Source of the DNA: an uncultured Acidobacteriota bacterium
GTDB taxonomy: Bacteria; Acidobacteriota; UBA6911; RPQK01; JAPXNP01
Direction of reading: 5' to 3'
DNA length: 64,000 nt
NCBI GenBank assembly: GCA_963777605.1
Contig: CAVZRV010000015.1
Coordinates: 32,001 to 96,000 of the forward strand
The notes under the pieces are model-generated. The model made no database searches. It was not told the DNA's origin and was given only the letters and a program-made list of their open reading frames with translations. Positions 23,448 through 33,263 of this stretch are shown here, piece by piece. The position numbers and the translations under genes are program-made. Each line of letters starts with the position of its first letter. Positions within the stretch are counted from its first letter, which is position 1.

Positions 23448-24743
23448 TTACCGGCTGCGGAGAAAGCGGGCGAGCAGAATGACGGCGGAGACGTTTACGA
23501 GAACCGTTCCGGCGTTGAGCAGGTCGCCCAAACTCCAAAGCAACTCCGTTTCGAAGAACCCGAAGAGCACCGCCGCGGAGAACGTCCAGCGGTACGCCTT
23601 CCGAACCTTGGTTCCCCAAATGTAGGCGAAGCACTGCTCTCCGTAGAAGCACCACGCAACGAGCGTGGAATACCCGAACAGGAGGGAGCAGACGAAAACC
23701 AGAATTGCGCCAGCGGATCCGAAGTGGCTCTCGAAAGCGGCGCTGGTCAGCGCCGTACTGGTCGCCCCGCTCAACCAGGTTCCCGTCGACAAAATCACAA
23801 GGGCTGTCAGGGTTCCCACCGCGGTGTCGATGACGACCCCGAACATCCCTATCAGAGCCAGCTTCCTCGGGTCATCTGCGCGGGCGGTACTGTACATGAT
23901 CGGGGCACTCCCGGTTCCGGCTTCGTTGGAGTAGAATCCCCGAGCCACGCCATAGCGCATCGCCATCAAGACCCCCGCGCCGGCAAATCCTCCCGTTGCG
24001 CTCGCCGGCGCGAACGCGTTTTCCAGAACGAGTGCCAGCGCCTTCGGAAGTTGATCGAGAGTCAGGACCAGGATCACCGACGACATCACGAGGTAGAACA
24101 GAACCATGGCGGGAGTGATCCGCTCAAGGGCGCCGACGACACTCCTCAACCCACCGATGGTGGCGACCCAGGTTAGTGCGGCTACCGCCACGCAGGCCCA
24201 GACGGCCGGCTTCCCCGACAGCGCCTGAAACGCGATCGCAATCGAGTTGGACTGGATCGTGGCCGTCGCCATCAAGGTCTTGGTTCCCATGGCGAGGGCA
24301 AACAGGATCGCCAGCCAGCGCATCCCCAATACCGACTCGATGTAGTACATCGGGCCGCCCGAGTAGGTCCCGTCTGCCGTCTGGCGCCGGCAGGAGACCG
24401 CCAGGTAGGTTTCGGCATAGACAATGATCATCGCGATCAGGGCAGCCGCCCAGAACCAGAACACGGCTCCCGGTCCACCTATGGCAATGGCGGTGGCCAC
24501 TCCCGCCAGGTTGCCGTTGCCGATGAGTCCCCCCAGGGCCGAAAACAGAGACTGCAGGGGCGAGATGTTCCCTTCCCCACTTCCGGCACGATAATTGATC
24601 GTCAGGCGAGCCGACGTGACGAGCTGTCGAAACTGGAGGCCCCGCAGGCGCCAGGTCAGGTAGAGACCGACCGCGGAAAGAAAAAGCAGCATCGGCGGGC
24701 CCCAGAGCCAGCCGGCCGCCGCACGTATCAATTCACCAACCAT
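23448..24743 (-). CDS. sodium:alanine/glycine symporter (AGCS family)
   Basis: G.GNLAGVATAI..GGPGAVFW, GGPMYYI, GVARG.YSNEAG.GSAP. Confidence 0.93.
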   Translation of the reverse strand: MVGELIRAAAGWLWGPPMLLFLSAVGLYLTWRLRGLQFRQLVTSARLTINYRAGSGEGNISPLQSLFSALGGLIGNGNLAGVATAIAIGGPGAVFWFWAAALIAMIIVYAETYLAVSCRRQTADGTYSGGPMYYIESVLGMRWLAILFALAMGTKTLMATATIQSNSIAIAFQALSGKPAVWACVAVAALTWVATIGGLRSVVGALERITPAMVLFYLVMSSVILVLTLDQLPKALALVLENAFAPASATGGFAGAGVLMAMRYGVARGFYSNEAGTGSAPIMYSTARADDPRKLALIGMFGVVIDTAVGTLTALVILSTGTWLSGATSTALTSAAFESHFGSAGAILVFVCSLLFGYSTLVAWCFYGEQCFAYIWGTKVRKAYRWTFSAAVLFGFFETELLWSLGDLLNAGTVLVNVSAVILLARFLRSR

Positions 24744-24839
24744 CTAGTCTGCCCATCTGATGCCCGACCCGACGGCGGGTCACCGGTGTGCAGACGGGTA
24801 TATCATCAAGGAATAAATGAAAGGAAGGCGGAATTGCAG

Positions 24840-25190
24840 TTGAAGGACTCGGGGCGGCTCCTCGGATTACTCGGGCTGGCGAGAAGAGCCGGGAAACTCA
24901 CGCTTGGAACTTTAGCCACCCGGCAGGCGATCCGATCCCGGAAAGTCTGCCTCCTGCTAATGGCGCAGGATCTCTCAGAATCGTCCGCGACCAAGGCGAG
25001 TCAACTCGCCCGAGCCATGAAGATTCCGGTCTTCAGGCCCTGTACCAAAGCTGATTTGAGCGGGGCGCTCGGTCGTGAAAACCTGGGTGTCGTCGGTGTC
25101 ACCGATCCCAATCTCGCCGAATCGATCATGGGAATCATCGACCCGGCTGGGGCACCCAAGGGTCTTCAGCCGGGCGATCAGGAGTCCTGA
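24840..25190 (+). CDS. L7Ae/L30e/S12e family RNA-binding protein (YlxQ-like)
   Basis: LLGLLGLARRAGKL..G, LLLMAQDLS, KADLSGALGR....VVGVTD.NLA; TTG start after AAGGAAGG. Confidence 0.85.
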   Translation: MKDSGRLLGLLGLARRAGKLTLGTLATRQAIRSRKVCLLLMAQDLSESSATKASQLARAMKIPVFRPCTKADLSGALGRENLGVVGVTDPNLAESIMGIIDPAGAPKGLQPGDQES

Positions 25191-25423
25191 CAGATGCGTT
25201 CCCGAGCCACGGTAACGGACCCGTTCTCGCGCAGCAACTTCCCCTTATCAAAGAGAAACGCCAGCAGGTCGTCGAGAGTCAGGTTCGACAACGAACAAGT
25301 GTGAAACCGGGGGGAGTCACCGAAGTGAACCCGGGAGAGCTCGCGAATCTGCGCCTCGGAAACTGGATCTGCTGAAGCGCCGATCAGGCGGAGAAGTTCA
25401 TGACCGTGAAAAGACTGGTACAT
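25178..25423 (-). CDS. YecH family (DUF2492) metal-binding protein
   Basis: HGHELL, FG...RFHTCS...LT.D.LL.FL..KGK motifs. Confidence 0.85.
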   Translation of the reverse strand: MYQSFHGHELLRLIGASADPVSEAQIRELSRVHFGDSPRFHTCSLSNLTLDDLLAFLFDKGKLLRENGSVTVARERICQDS

Positions 25424-25560
25424 CGTGAAATTCCTTCGGGGTCGCTGAGGCAAAAGAATAACACGCTCAGGCATCGACTGTTCAAAGGTTGGCAAATCTG
25501 ATATCTATCGCCGTGGCAACCCCGGCAGGAGGGGGGCATAGGAGAGGAATCGAACAGACA

Positions 25561-26619
25561 ATGGATCAGAACAATACAGCTTCACCTTCATCAGGTGCGC
25601 GTGACCGCGACGGACTGATCGTCGTTGCGGGTGCCGGAGGCTTTATCGGTGGCGCCCTGACTCGTTACTTTCACGACGCCGGCTGCTCCAGGATTCGGGC
25701 GATCGACAAGAAGCCCCTGCCCAACTGGTGCCAGAGAGTGCCGGGCGTGGAATCCCTCTGCCTCGATCTGAGCCGCGAGCAGAACTGCCGCCAGGCCTGC
25801 GAGGGCGCCCGCGAGGTCTACAACCTCGCCGCAGACATGGGCGGGATGGGATTTATCGAACGGTTTCGGGTGGAGTGCCTGCGGAGTGTCCTGATCAACA
25901 CTCACATGACGGAGGCCGCTTATCGGGCGGGCGTGGAACGCTATTTCTTCTCCTCGTCGGCATGTGCCTACAACGTGGACCTGCAGCGGGATCCCAACGT
26001 GACGGCCTTGAAGGAGTCGGACGCCTATCCCGCGATGGCCGAGAGGGGTTACGGCTGGGAGAAGCTGATTTCTGAAATGTTCTGCCAGGAATACTGGGCC
26101 GAGCGGGGAATGAAGACCTTCATTGCCCGTTTCCACAACGTCTACGGGCCTTGGGGGACCTGGGACGGTGGTCGCGAGAAGGCGCCCGCCGCCATCTGCC
26201 GGAAGGTCATCGAAGCCAGAGACACGGGCAGGCACGAGATTGAGATCTGGGGGGACGGTTATCAAACCCGCAGTTTCATGTACATCGATGACTGTCTGAC
26301 CGGCATCGACAAGATCACCCATTGTGAAGAATTGATTGCGACACCGATCAACCTCGGGTCGAGCGAACTGATCTCGATCAATGACCTGGTCAGCCTGGCC
26401 GAAGAACTCGGTGGCATCCGGCTCAACCGGTCCTACGACATGAATGCCCCCCGGGGGGTCGCCGGTCGGAACAGTGACAATACCTTCATCAAGAAGGTTC
26501 TCAAATGGGAACCTTCGACCCCGATCCGGGAAGGGTTGCAGCCGACTTATCGCTGGATCGATAAACAGTACAACGACCGGAAAGCCGGGAGGCGGGCGGT
26601 TGTGAATGAAGGTCACTGA
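25561..26619 (+). CDS. NAD-dependent epimerase, GDP-mannose 3,5-epimerase-like
   Basis: GAGGFIG, NLAADMGGMGFI, SSACAY, YGWEK, RFHNVYGPWGTWDGGREKAPAAICRK. Confidence 0.85.
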   Translation: MDQNNTASPSSGARDRDGLIVVAGAGGFIGGALTRYFHDAGCSRIRAIDKKPLPNWCQRVPGVESLCLDLSREQNCRQACEGAREVYNLAADMGGMGFIERFRVECLRSVLINTHMTEAAYRAGVERYFFSSSACAYNVDLQRDPNVTALKESDAYPAMAERGYGWEKLISEMFCQEYWAERGMKTFIARFHNVYGPWGTWDGGREKAPAAICRKVIEARDTGRHEIEIWGDGYQTRSFMYIDDCLTGIDKITHCEELIATPINLGSSELISINDLVSLAEELGGIRLNRSYDMNAPRGVAGRNSDNTFIKKVLKWEPSTPIREGLQPTYRWIDKQYNDRKAGRRAVVNEGH

Positions 26620-27444
26620 CCTCTCGGAAGAGGCGGGTGAAAGGGATCGTCATGGCATGGAACTTTCCAGCGTAATCGGAGCGATTCCGTATCGAATGGC
26701 GCTGGCGGGCGGCTGGATCGACCAACCGTTCGTCTCTCGGCACAATCCCTCTCCGCCCGGTTCAATGGTGGTCATTTCGTTGGTTCCGAGCGTGCGTTAC
26801 ATGAACCGTTCCGGAATGGCGACCGGCACCCGCAAAGTGGCCGACCGGCTGTGGTCCGGCAGGCTACCTTCGGGTTTCCCTCTCGATTTGACGAGGAACC
26901 TGTACCGGGAAGAGAACCGGAACAAACCGGATCCGTCGGGCTCGCAGGACATGATCGGAATCCTTTTCCCCGGAGTCAGCCGGCTGGACTACGACTATCA
27001 CCATGAAGAGGGGATATTCCCGATCCACATCGAGTCTACCTGCGACCCGGAAATCGCCCGTTGGATCGAAAAGGTCATTCACGTTATTCCGGTCGCCCCC
27101 CGTCCCGACGGATACAACCCGCTCGGTGAGCAAAACCTCGATCCCGCCTGGATCGAAAGGCTCGGGCGGACCGGTAGCCGACTGTTACGAGGCGATTGTA
27201 GCGCGTGACCTGGCCGCCCTGGGACGCTCCATGAATGAGTGCATGGATTGCTGGGAAACGATCCTCCCGCAGACCGTCCACCACCCGCTATTGCAGGCTA
27301 GACCTGGCGAACCTGCTGCGCTGCTACCAGGATCGCTATCCCGGTGCAATGTATTCCGGATGCGGAGGAGGGTATCTCTACGTTGTGGCGGACGAGCCGG
27401 TGCCCGGCTCCTTCCATGTCGAGGTCAGGACCGACCGACTATGA
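26606..27444 (+). CDS. GHMP-kinase-like protein, split by two frameshifts (~27178, ~27298)
   Basis: PYRMALAGGWIDQP, SGSQDMIG, DL.ALGRSMN and MYSGCGGGY motifs spread over three frames. Confidence 0.7.
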
Positions 27445-28280
27445 AACGGGTGGTTGTTTCCGGCAGCTTCGACAACGTCCAGGCCCGAGACCTTCGCCTG
27501 CTCGAAGAAGCAAGTCAACTCGGTGCGGTAACGGTTCTGCTCTGGTCCGACGAGTCGGTTTCGGCGATCAAGGGCGAGGCGCCCCAGTTTCCGCTCGCGG
27601 AACGGTCTTACCTGATCTCGTCGGTTCGCTACGTCGAGCGCGTGGTCGTGGCCGAAGGACTTTCGTCCGGCGATCAATTGGCTCGATCCGAACAAACCCG
27701 GGCGGATGTCTGGGCCGTCGAAGAAGCGGGTCGGTCGGAAGCCAAAGCGGCCTATTGTCGAGCCAACGGAATCGAATTGCACCCGGTCAGCAGGACCTGC
27801 CTGGAACGATTTCCTTCATCAGAGGCTTACCCAACATTCGCTGGGGCTCTTCCGGAGCGGGCTGTTGGGGACAAACGGGTGCTGGTGACCGGCTGTTTCG
27901 ACTGGCTGCATTCCGGACACGTCCGGTTCTTCGAGGAGGTGTCGCAACTGGGTGACCTCTATGCGGTTGTCGGGCATGATGCCAACATCCGTCATCTGAA
28001 AGGAGACGGCCACCCGTTACTGTGCCAGGACGAACGCCGCTACTCGGTCGGCGCCATTCGATTTGTCACTCGGGCCTTGATTTCATCAGGACGGGGCTGG
28101 ATGGATGCAGAACCGGAGATCGCTTTGATTCATCCTGACATTTACGCGGTCAACGAGGACGGGGACCGCCCCGAGAAAAAGAACTTTTGCAGAAGTCATG
28201 GAATCGAGTACGTGGTTCTGAGCCGAGACCCGAAGCCCGGCCTGCCGGCTCGGTCGAGTACCGATCTTCGGGGATACTGA
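27441..28280 (+). CDS. tandem cytidylyltransferase/adenylyltransferase-domain protein
   Basis: Degenerate VVSGSFD first domain; intact VTGCFDWLHSGH (HxGH) second domain. Confidence 0.85.
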   Translation: MKRVVVSGSFDNVQARDLRLLEEASQLGAVTVLLWSDESVSAIKGEAPQFPLAERSYLISSVRYVERVVVAEGLSSGDQLARSEQTRADVWAVEEAGRSEAKAAYCRANGIELHPVSRTCLERFPSSEAYPTFAGALPERAVGDKRVLVTGCFDWLHSGHVRFFEEVSQLGDLYAVVGHDANIRHLKGDGHPLLCQDERRYSVGAIRFVTRALISSGRGWMDAEPEIALIHPDIYAVNEDGDRPEKKNFCRSHGIEYVVLSRDPKPGLPARSSTDLRGY

Positions 28281-28326
28281 ACCTTAGTACTCCGGTCTGG
28301 ACAGAATGCTGTTGGAGGAGGATGCG

Positions 28327-31071
28327 ATGTCATTTCGGCGCAACGTTTCGTTGGTTTTTTGCTTGATTTTGTTCCTGGCCGGAACTTTGCTGTCAGCCCA
28401 GGATATACCCGAATTGCAGTACCAGGAATTCGTTCTGCCGAACGGTCTCCAGGTGATTCTCCACGAGGACCACTCTATCCCCATCGCGACGGTCAACATC
28501 TGGTACCACGTCGGGTCGAAGAACGAGAAGAAGGGTCGCACCGGGTTCGCCCACCTCTTCGAACACCTGATGTTCGAGGGGTCCGCGAACGTGCCGGAAG
28601 GCAAGTTCGACCAGTGGCTGGAAGCGGCCGGTGGAGACAACAACGGATCGACGACCGAAGATCGGACCAACTACTACGAGAATATTCCAAGCAACGCAGT
28701 GGAGCTGGCTCTTTACCTTGAATCGGACCGAATGGCCAATCTTCTCCAGACCATAGACCAGAAGAAACTCGACACCCAGCGTGACGTGGTCAAGAATGAG
28801 CGCCGGCAGGGAGTAGACAACCAGCCCTACGGAAGAGTCAGCGAGGTGATCCTCTCGGCGCTCTACCCCTCCGATCACCCTTATTCCTGGCCGGTCATCG
28901 GAAGCATGCAGGACCTGTCGGCCGCCTCTCTCGAAGACGTGAAGGACTTCTTTCGAAGTTACTATGCGCCCAACAACGCGAGCCTTTGTGTCGCGGGAGA
29001 CATTGATCCCAAGCAGGTCCGCGAGCTGGTCGAAAAGTACTTTTCCCCGATTCCCCCGGGACCTCCTGTAGAGCGGTTCGAGACCTGGGTCCCCGAACTC
29101 AAGAGTCCACGGGTGATCGAAATGAAGGACAACGTCTCCCTTCCGCGCCTGTACATGGTCTGGCACACCCCACCGATCTACAAATCGGGCGACGCCGAGT
29201 TCGACATCCTCGCCAGCATCCTTACCGACGGGAAGAACTCCCGCCTCTACAAACGCCTCGTCTATGACACCCAGATTGCCCAGGACGTGCGCTCGTTTCA
29301 GGGCTCCAAGGAGATCGCCAGCGACTTCTACATCGTCGCCACGGCGAAACCGGGACAGTCCCTGGACGCCATTCGGGTCATCATCGAAGAGGAACTGGAG
29401 AAGATCCGCAAGAACGGCGTAACCGACCAGGAAGTCCTGACCGCGCTGAATTCCTGGGAGTCTTCTTTCCTCCGGCGTCTGGAATCGGTCGGGGGCTTCC
29501 GGGGCAAAGCCAACCTGCTCAATGAATACAACACATTCACCGGGAGTCCCGGCTTCCTGAAGGAGGACATGGAACGCTACTACTCGCTGACTCCCGCCAG
29601 GATCCAGAAGGCGGTCGATCGCTACCTGCGGGCCGGTGAGAATGTGATGGTCGACGTGGACCCGGCCGGCGACCTGAAGGCCGACGATTCGATCCCGCTC
29701 GATCGCGCCCAAAAACCGGAGAACGGCCCGGCCCCGTCCTTGACCCTTCCCAAACTCCAGGAAGCCCGTCTCTCCAATGGGCTGAAGGTGATGCTGATCG
29801 AACAGCACGAACTTCCGATCGTTCAGCTCAATCTTATGATCAACGGCGGCTGGTCGGCCGATCCCGAACACACGCCCGGAGTCGCCCGGCTCACTTCCGA
29901 CCTGCAGGACGAAGGGACCCGAACCCGCTCGGCACTCGAGATTTCTGATCAGCTCAAGGAAATTGGCGCCGATCTGAGAACCTCGTCCAACTTCGATTTC
30001 AGCGCTGTTTCCCTGAATACCCTGAAAAAGCACATGGACAAGGCCCTGGCGCTCTTCTCGGACGTCCTCACCAACCCGGTCTTCCCGGAAGAGGAACTGC
30101 AGCGCAAGAAGAAAGAATACCTGGCCCGCATTCTCATGGAGCAGAAGCAACCCACCACGGTGGCACTGAAAAGTTTCTTCAGAACTCTCTACGGGCCCGA
30201 CCACCCCTACGGCCAGCCCTACACCGGATCGGGCACCGAGGAGTCCATTGCGGCGATCCAGCGGGACGACCTGGTTCACTACTACGACACCTATTACAGC
30301 CCTGGAAATGCCACACTGATCGCCGTCGGCGACACGTCGCTCTCCGAACTGACTCCGCTTCTCGAGGATGCCCTGAGTAGCTGGAAGGAGGAAACGGTTC
30401 CCGCGCTCGAACTGCCGCCGGTGCATCCGGTTCAGGAAACGCAGGTTTACCTGGTCGACAAGCCGGGTGCTGCCCAGTCAGTCATCGTTGCCGGCCATCT
30501 CGGGATCCCTCACAATTCGAAGGACTACTTCAGCGTCGAAATCCTCAATACGGTTCTTGGCGGCAAGTTCACGAGCCGGCTGAACATGAATCTCCGGGAA
30601 GACAAAGCCTACACCTACGGTGCTTTCTCCCAGTTCGTGTTTCGAAAGGAAGTGGGGCCCTTTTTCGCCTTCACTCAGGTCCATACCGAGGTCACCAAAG
30701 AAAGCCTGTTTGAAATCATGAAAGAGTTCAGAGGGCTCCGGGGCGAAAACCCGGTCACTCCCCAGGAACTGGACTCGACCAAGAACTATGTGGCCCTGCG
30801 ATTTCCGAGCGAATTCGAGACCGTTTCGGAACTGGCCCGAAAGCTGCAAGAACTGGCTGAGTTCAATCTTCCGAACAACTACTACGATTCTTACGTGCCC
30901 AACCTCGAGAAGGTGACTGTCGCAGACGTCACTGAGGCCGCCAGGGAACACATTCATCCGGACCGGATGCTGATCGTGGTCGTCGGTGATATCGGCAAGA
31001 TCGAGCCGGGAATCCGGGAACTGAACTTGGGCCCAGTCCACGTGATCGACGCCCAGGGCAACCCACGGTGA
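28327..31071 (+). CDS. M16 family (pitrilysin-like) zinc peptidase, exported
   Basis: GFAHLFEHLMF (HxxEH), signal peptide, duplicated M16 halves. Confidence 0.93.
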   Translation: MSFRRNVSLVFCLILFLAGTLLSAQDIPELQYQEFVLPNGLQVILHEDHSIPIATVNIWYHVGSKNEKKGRTGFAHLFEHLMFEGSANVPEGKFDQWLEAAGGDNNGSTTEDRTNYYENIPSNAVELALYLESDRMANLLQTIDQKKLDTQRDVVKNERRQGVDNQPYGRVSEVILSALYPSDHPYSWPVIGSMQDLSAASLEDVKDFFRSYYAPNNASLCVAGDIDPKQVRELVEKYFSPIPPGPPVERFETWVPELKSPRVIEMKDNVSLPRLYMVWHTPPIYKSGDAEFDILASILTDGKNSRLYKRLVYDTQIAQDVRSFQGSKEIASDFYIVATAKPGQSLDAIRVIIEEELEKIRKNGVTDQEVLTALNSWESSFLRRLESVGGFRGKANLLNEYNTFTGSPGFLKEDMERYYSLTPARIQKAVDRYLRAGENVMVDVDPAGDLKADDSIPLDRAQKPENGPAPSLTLPKLQEARLSNGLKVMLIEQHELPIVQLNLMINGGWSADPEHTPGVARLTSDLQDEGTRTRSALEISDQLKEIGADLRTSSNFDFSAVSLNTLKKHMDKALALFSDVLTNPVFPEEELQRKKKEYLARILMEQKQPTTVALKSFFRTLYGPDHPYGQPYTGSGTEESIAAIQRDDLVHYYDTYYSPGNATLIAVGDTSLSELTPLLEDALSSWKEETVPALELPPVHPVQETQVYLVDKPGAAQSVIVAGHLGIPHNSKDYFSVEILNTVLGGKFTSRLNMNLREDKAYTYGAFSQFVFRKEVGPFFAFTQVHTEVTKESLFEIMKEFRGLRGENPVTPQELDSTKNYVALRFPSEFETVSELARKLQELAEFNLPNNYYDSYVPNLEKVTVADVTEAAREHIHPDRMLIVVVGDIGKIEPGIRELNLGPVHVIDAQGNPR

Positions 31072-31325
31072 CACGCACTTACTGGCGCCGCAACTGCTGA
31101 TGTAATAAGACTTTTTCCAGAGGTCTGGCACCGATTAGCGTTGCGGCGCGGGCCGTTTTCCCTGCAAGCGCTAGCCTCACTCAAATTGGTACCAGAGCAA
31201 GAAGAAAATCCTTATTCGTAAGCACTTAGCAACCGTTTTGGTGCGTGTCACCGATTTATGAGGAGTTGAGAGTGCGCAGGGTCACAACGCCGGCGGGGTT
31301 CACTTGATATAAATTCCGGGACGTT

Positions 31326-31826
31326 ATGAAGAACCAGAAAACGACCTGCAGATGCCCGGTATGTGGCCAGTGGTTTACAGGAGATATTCCCCTCGAGCCT
31401 GTCAAGATCTGGAAGAACCTGGTCAAGGATAAACACATAACGATTCTGCAGGCTCGGTGCAGGCGTTGTGGTTCTGTCTTCGAGGTGGGTGTAAAGGCAG
31501 CTGTAACAGGCTTTCAGGGAAGTCCCTACTTGCTCCTTCTGGCAACTGTCACCCTGCTGGCGTCATTGATGGACGGATTTCTGAGCCTTCAACTCTTCCA
31601 GCAGGGCGCAGTAGAGTTGAATCCGCTCCTCGGGTTGATTTTGGCGAAGAGTCCCGTTCACTTCGTCATCACCAAGTATCTGCTGACGAGTTTCGGCGTC
31701 ATTGTTCTGGTGTTGTTGAGTGAACGAAGGGTACTGACCAGGTGGCTCACCGGTCGGCACCTCCTGCTGGCGTCCCAGGTTCTGTTCGCGGGATTGATCG
31801 CCTACCAGTCAATGCTGCTCAGTTGA
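31326..31826 (+). CDS. DUF5658-like membrane protein with an N-terminal CxxC...CxxC zinc ribbon
   Basis: CPVC/CRRC, then LMDGFLSL.L...GAVELNPLL...F...K motif and 3 TM helices. Confidence 0.65.
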   Translation: MKNQKTTCRCPVCGQWFTGDIPLEPVKIWKNLVKDKHITILQARCRRCGSVFEVGVKAAVTGFQGSPYLLLLATVTLLASLMDGFLSLQLFQQGAVELNPLLGLILAKSPVHFVITKYLLTSFGVIVLVLLSERRVLTRWLTGRHLLLASQVLFAGLIAYQSMLLS

Positions 31827-31891
31827 CGATCCCCGGTCCACTCCCGGTGCCTGCGGAATCCAGGTCAGCCCGGCCCCCGCGCGCTCCGCGC

Positions 31892-31999
31892 ATCATTCAG
31901 AGAGTGAAACTGGGCCAGGCGGACGGCCAACGCGCAGACTCATTTCGAGCTCCGGGCAACCCGCCCCGGGACAATCGTGCTCCCTCTGCATTGCAGCAC
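31892..31999 (+). repeat. dispersed intergenic motif, copy 3 (ATCATTCAGAGAGTGAAACT ... CTCTGCATTGCAGCAC)
   Basis: Exact match to 14641-14660 (reverse) and 17/20 to 6637-6656. Confidence 0.65.
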
Positions 32000-32361
32000 T
32001 GACAGCGCGATTCAATCCCACAGTTCCCGCGCGGCAAACGCCCGGTCGCAGGACGTGAACACACCGCAAAGACGAGCCTCAATGAGTGCGACATGATTGC
32101 AATCTTCCCATTCAAATTGCGCTTTCAGCGCCGCTTCTGGATTCGATTGACCCGATCCCCGAGTAGGGCGCTTTCATGATCTCGGTAAATACCGCGGAGG
32201 CATCCTGAGCCCGCTCCCGTTCCCCGTTCGCTTTCTTGATCCGGAAAGTTGCGCGCCGAATCGACGGGGAATTGCGCGATGCAGAACGAGGTCACAACCA
32301 GATCCGACTGCTCGACCCGGAAAGAAGTAAGATCGAGATAACCCTGGAAGGAGATTCCTGT

Positions 32362-33263
32362 ATGAAGACGTCCCTTCGATTGATGGCAATACTGGCTCAC
32401 CCCGACGATGAGTCGCTCGGAATCGGCGGAACCCTGGCTCGATATGCGGATGAAGGGGTCGAGACCTACCTGGTCTGTGCTACGAGGGGCGAACGAGGAA
32501 GGCATGGATCGGATTCGGCCCATCCCGGAATTGAGGCAGTGGGAAAGATGAGAGAGGCGGAACTTCGGCAGGCTGCCAGCGTGCTCGGAATTCGTCATGT
32601 CGACCTTTCTCGACTACATCGACAAGGACCTGGACCAAGCCGATCCCACTGAGGCGACAATCGAGGATTGTCCGGGAGATCCGGCTCAGACGCCCCCAGG
32701 TTGTTGTGACGTTTGGACCCGACGGAGCTTACGGACATCCGGATCATATCGCCATAAGCCAGTTCGCCACAGCGGCCGTATCCGCCGCTGCCTCTTCCAC
32801 TTTCAGCCCCGGAGGCCTTCTCCCTCATTCCGTTTCAAAGCTCTATTTCATGGCCTGGCCTGAAGGAAAATGGCGCGCCTATCAGAGTGCGTTCAAGACA
32901 CTGTCAATTACGGTCGATGGACAGGAGCGACGGGCGGTTCCGTGGACCGATTGGTCGCTGACGACAAGAATCGACACCGAAGCTTACTGGCCGACAGTCT
33001 GGAGTGCGATCTCCTGCCACAAGACCCAGATGGCGATATACGAAAGTCTCGAGAGTCTTTCCCCCGAGCACCACAAGGCGTTATGGGGAGCCCAGGAATT
33101 TTACCGGGTGTTCAGCCTGGCCAACGGCGGCAGAAAGAACGAAACCGATCTATTCGAGGGAATTCGGGATGGAACACTTCAAGTAGCCAGCCAGGCATTG
33201 GTGCTCTCCCCTCCAGGCGGGACCCGACATTCGGACTCCAGCCCCGAGCGAGAGTCGAACACA
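32362..33263 (+). CDS. PIG-L family deacetylase (two frameshifts near 32605 and 32670); the frame runs into the downstream decarboxylase without a stop
   Basis: AHPDDE, ATRGE, R.AEL..A...LG, TFGPDGAYGHPDH, CH.TQ. Confidence 0.85.

Noticed and set aside
23008-23655. 215-aa minus-strand ORF in the track
   Set aside because: Shadow frame overlapping the symporter 3' end and antisense to the selenoprotein gene; no recognisable motifs.
28393-30426. 677-aa antisense ORF, and similar long antisense ORFs over atpD, the epimerase, activase, M28 and radical SAM genes
   Set aside because: Typical stop-poor antisense frames of high-GC coding sequence; the opposite strand carries clear family motifs.
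31258-31330. ATG AGG AGT TGA GAG TGC (possible UxC selenopeptide)
   Set aside because: No RBS, no recognisable fold after readthrough, a further stop soon after, and no convincing SECIS.
32033-32100. GGCAAAC...GCAAAG pattern resembling a c-di-GMP-I riboswitch
   Set aside because: No GNRA-capped P2 stem with proper pairing and no GACGCAAAGC junction; the spacing does not fit. An Rfam scan would settle it.
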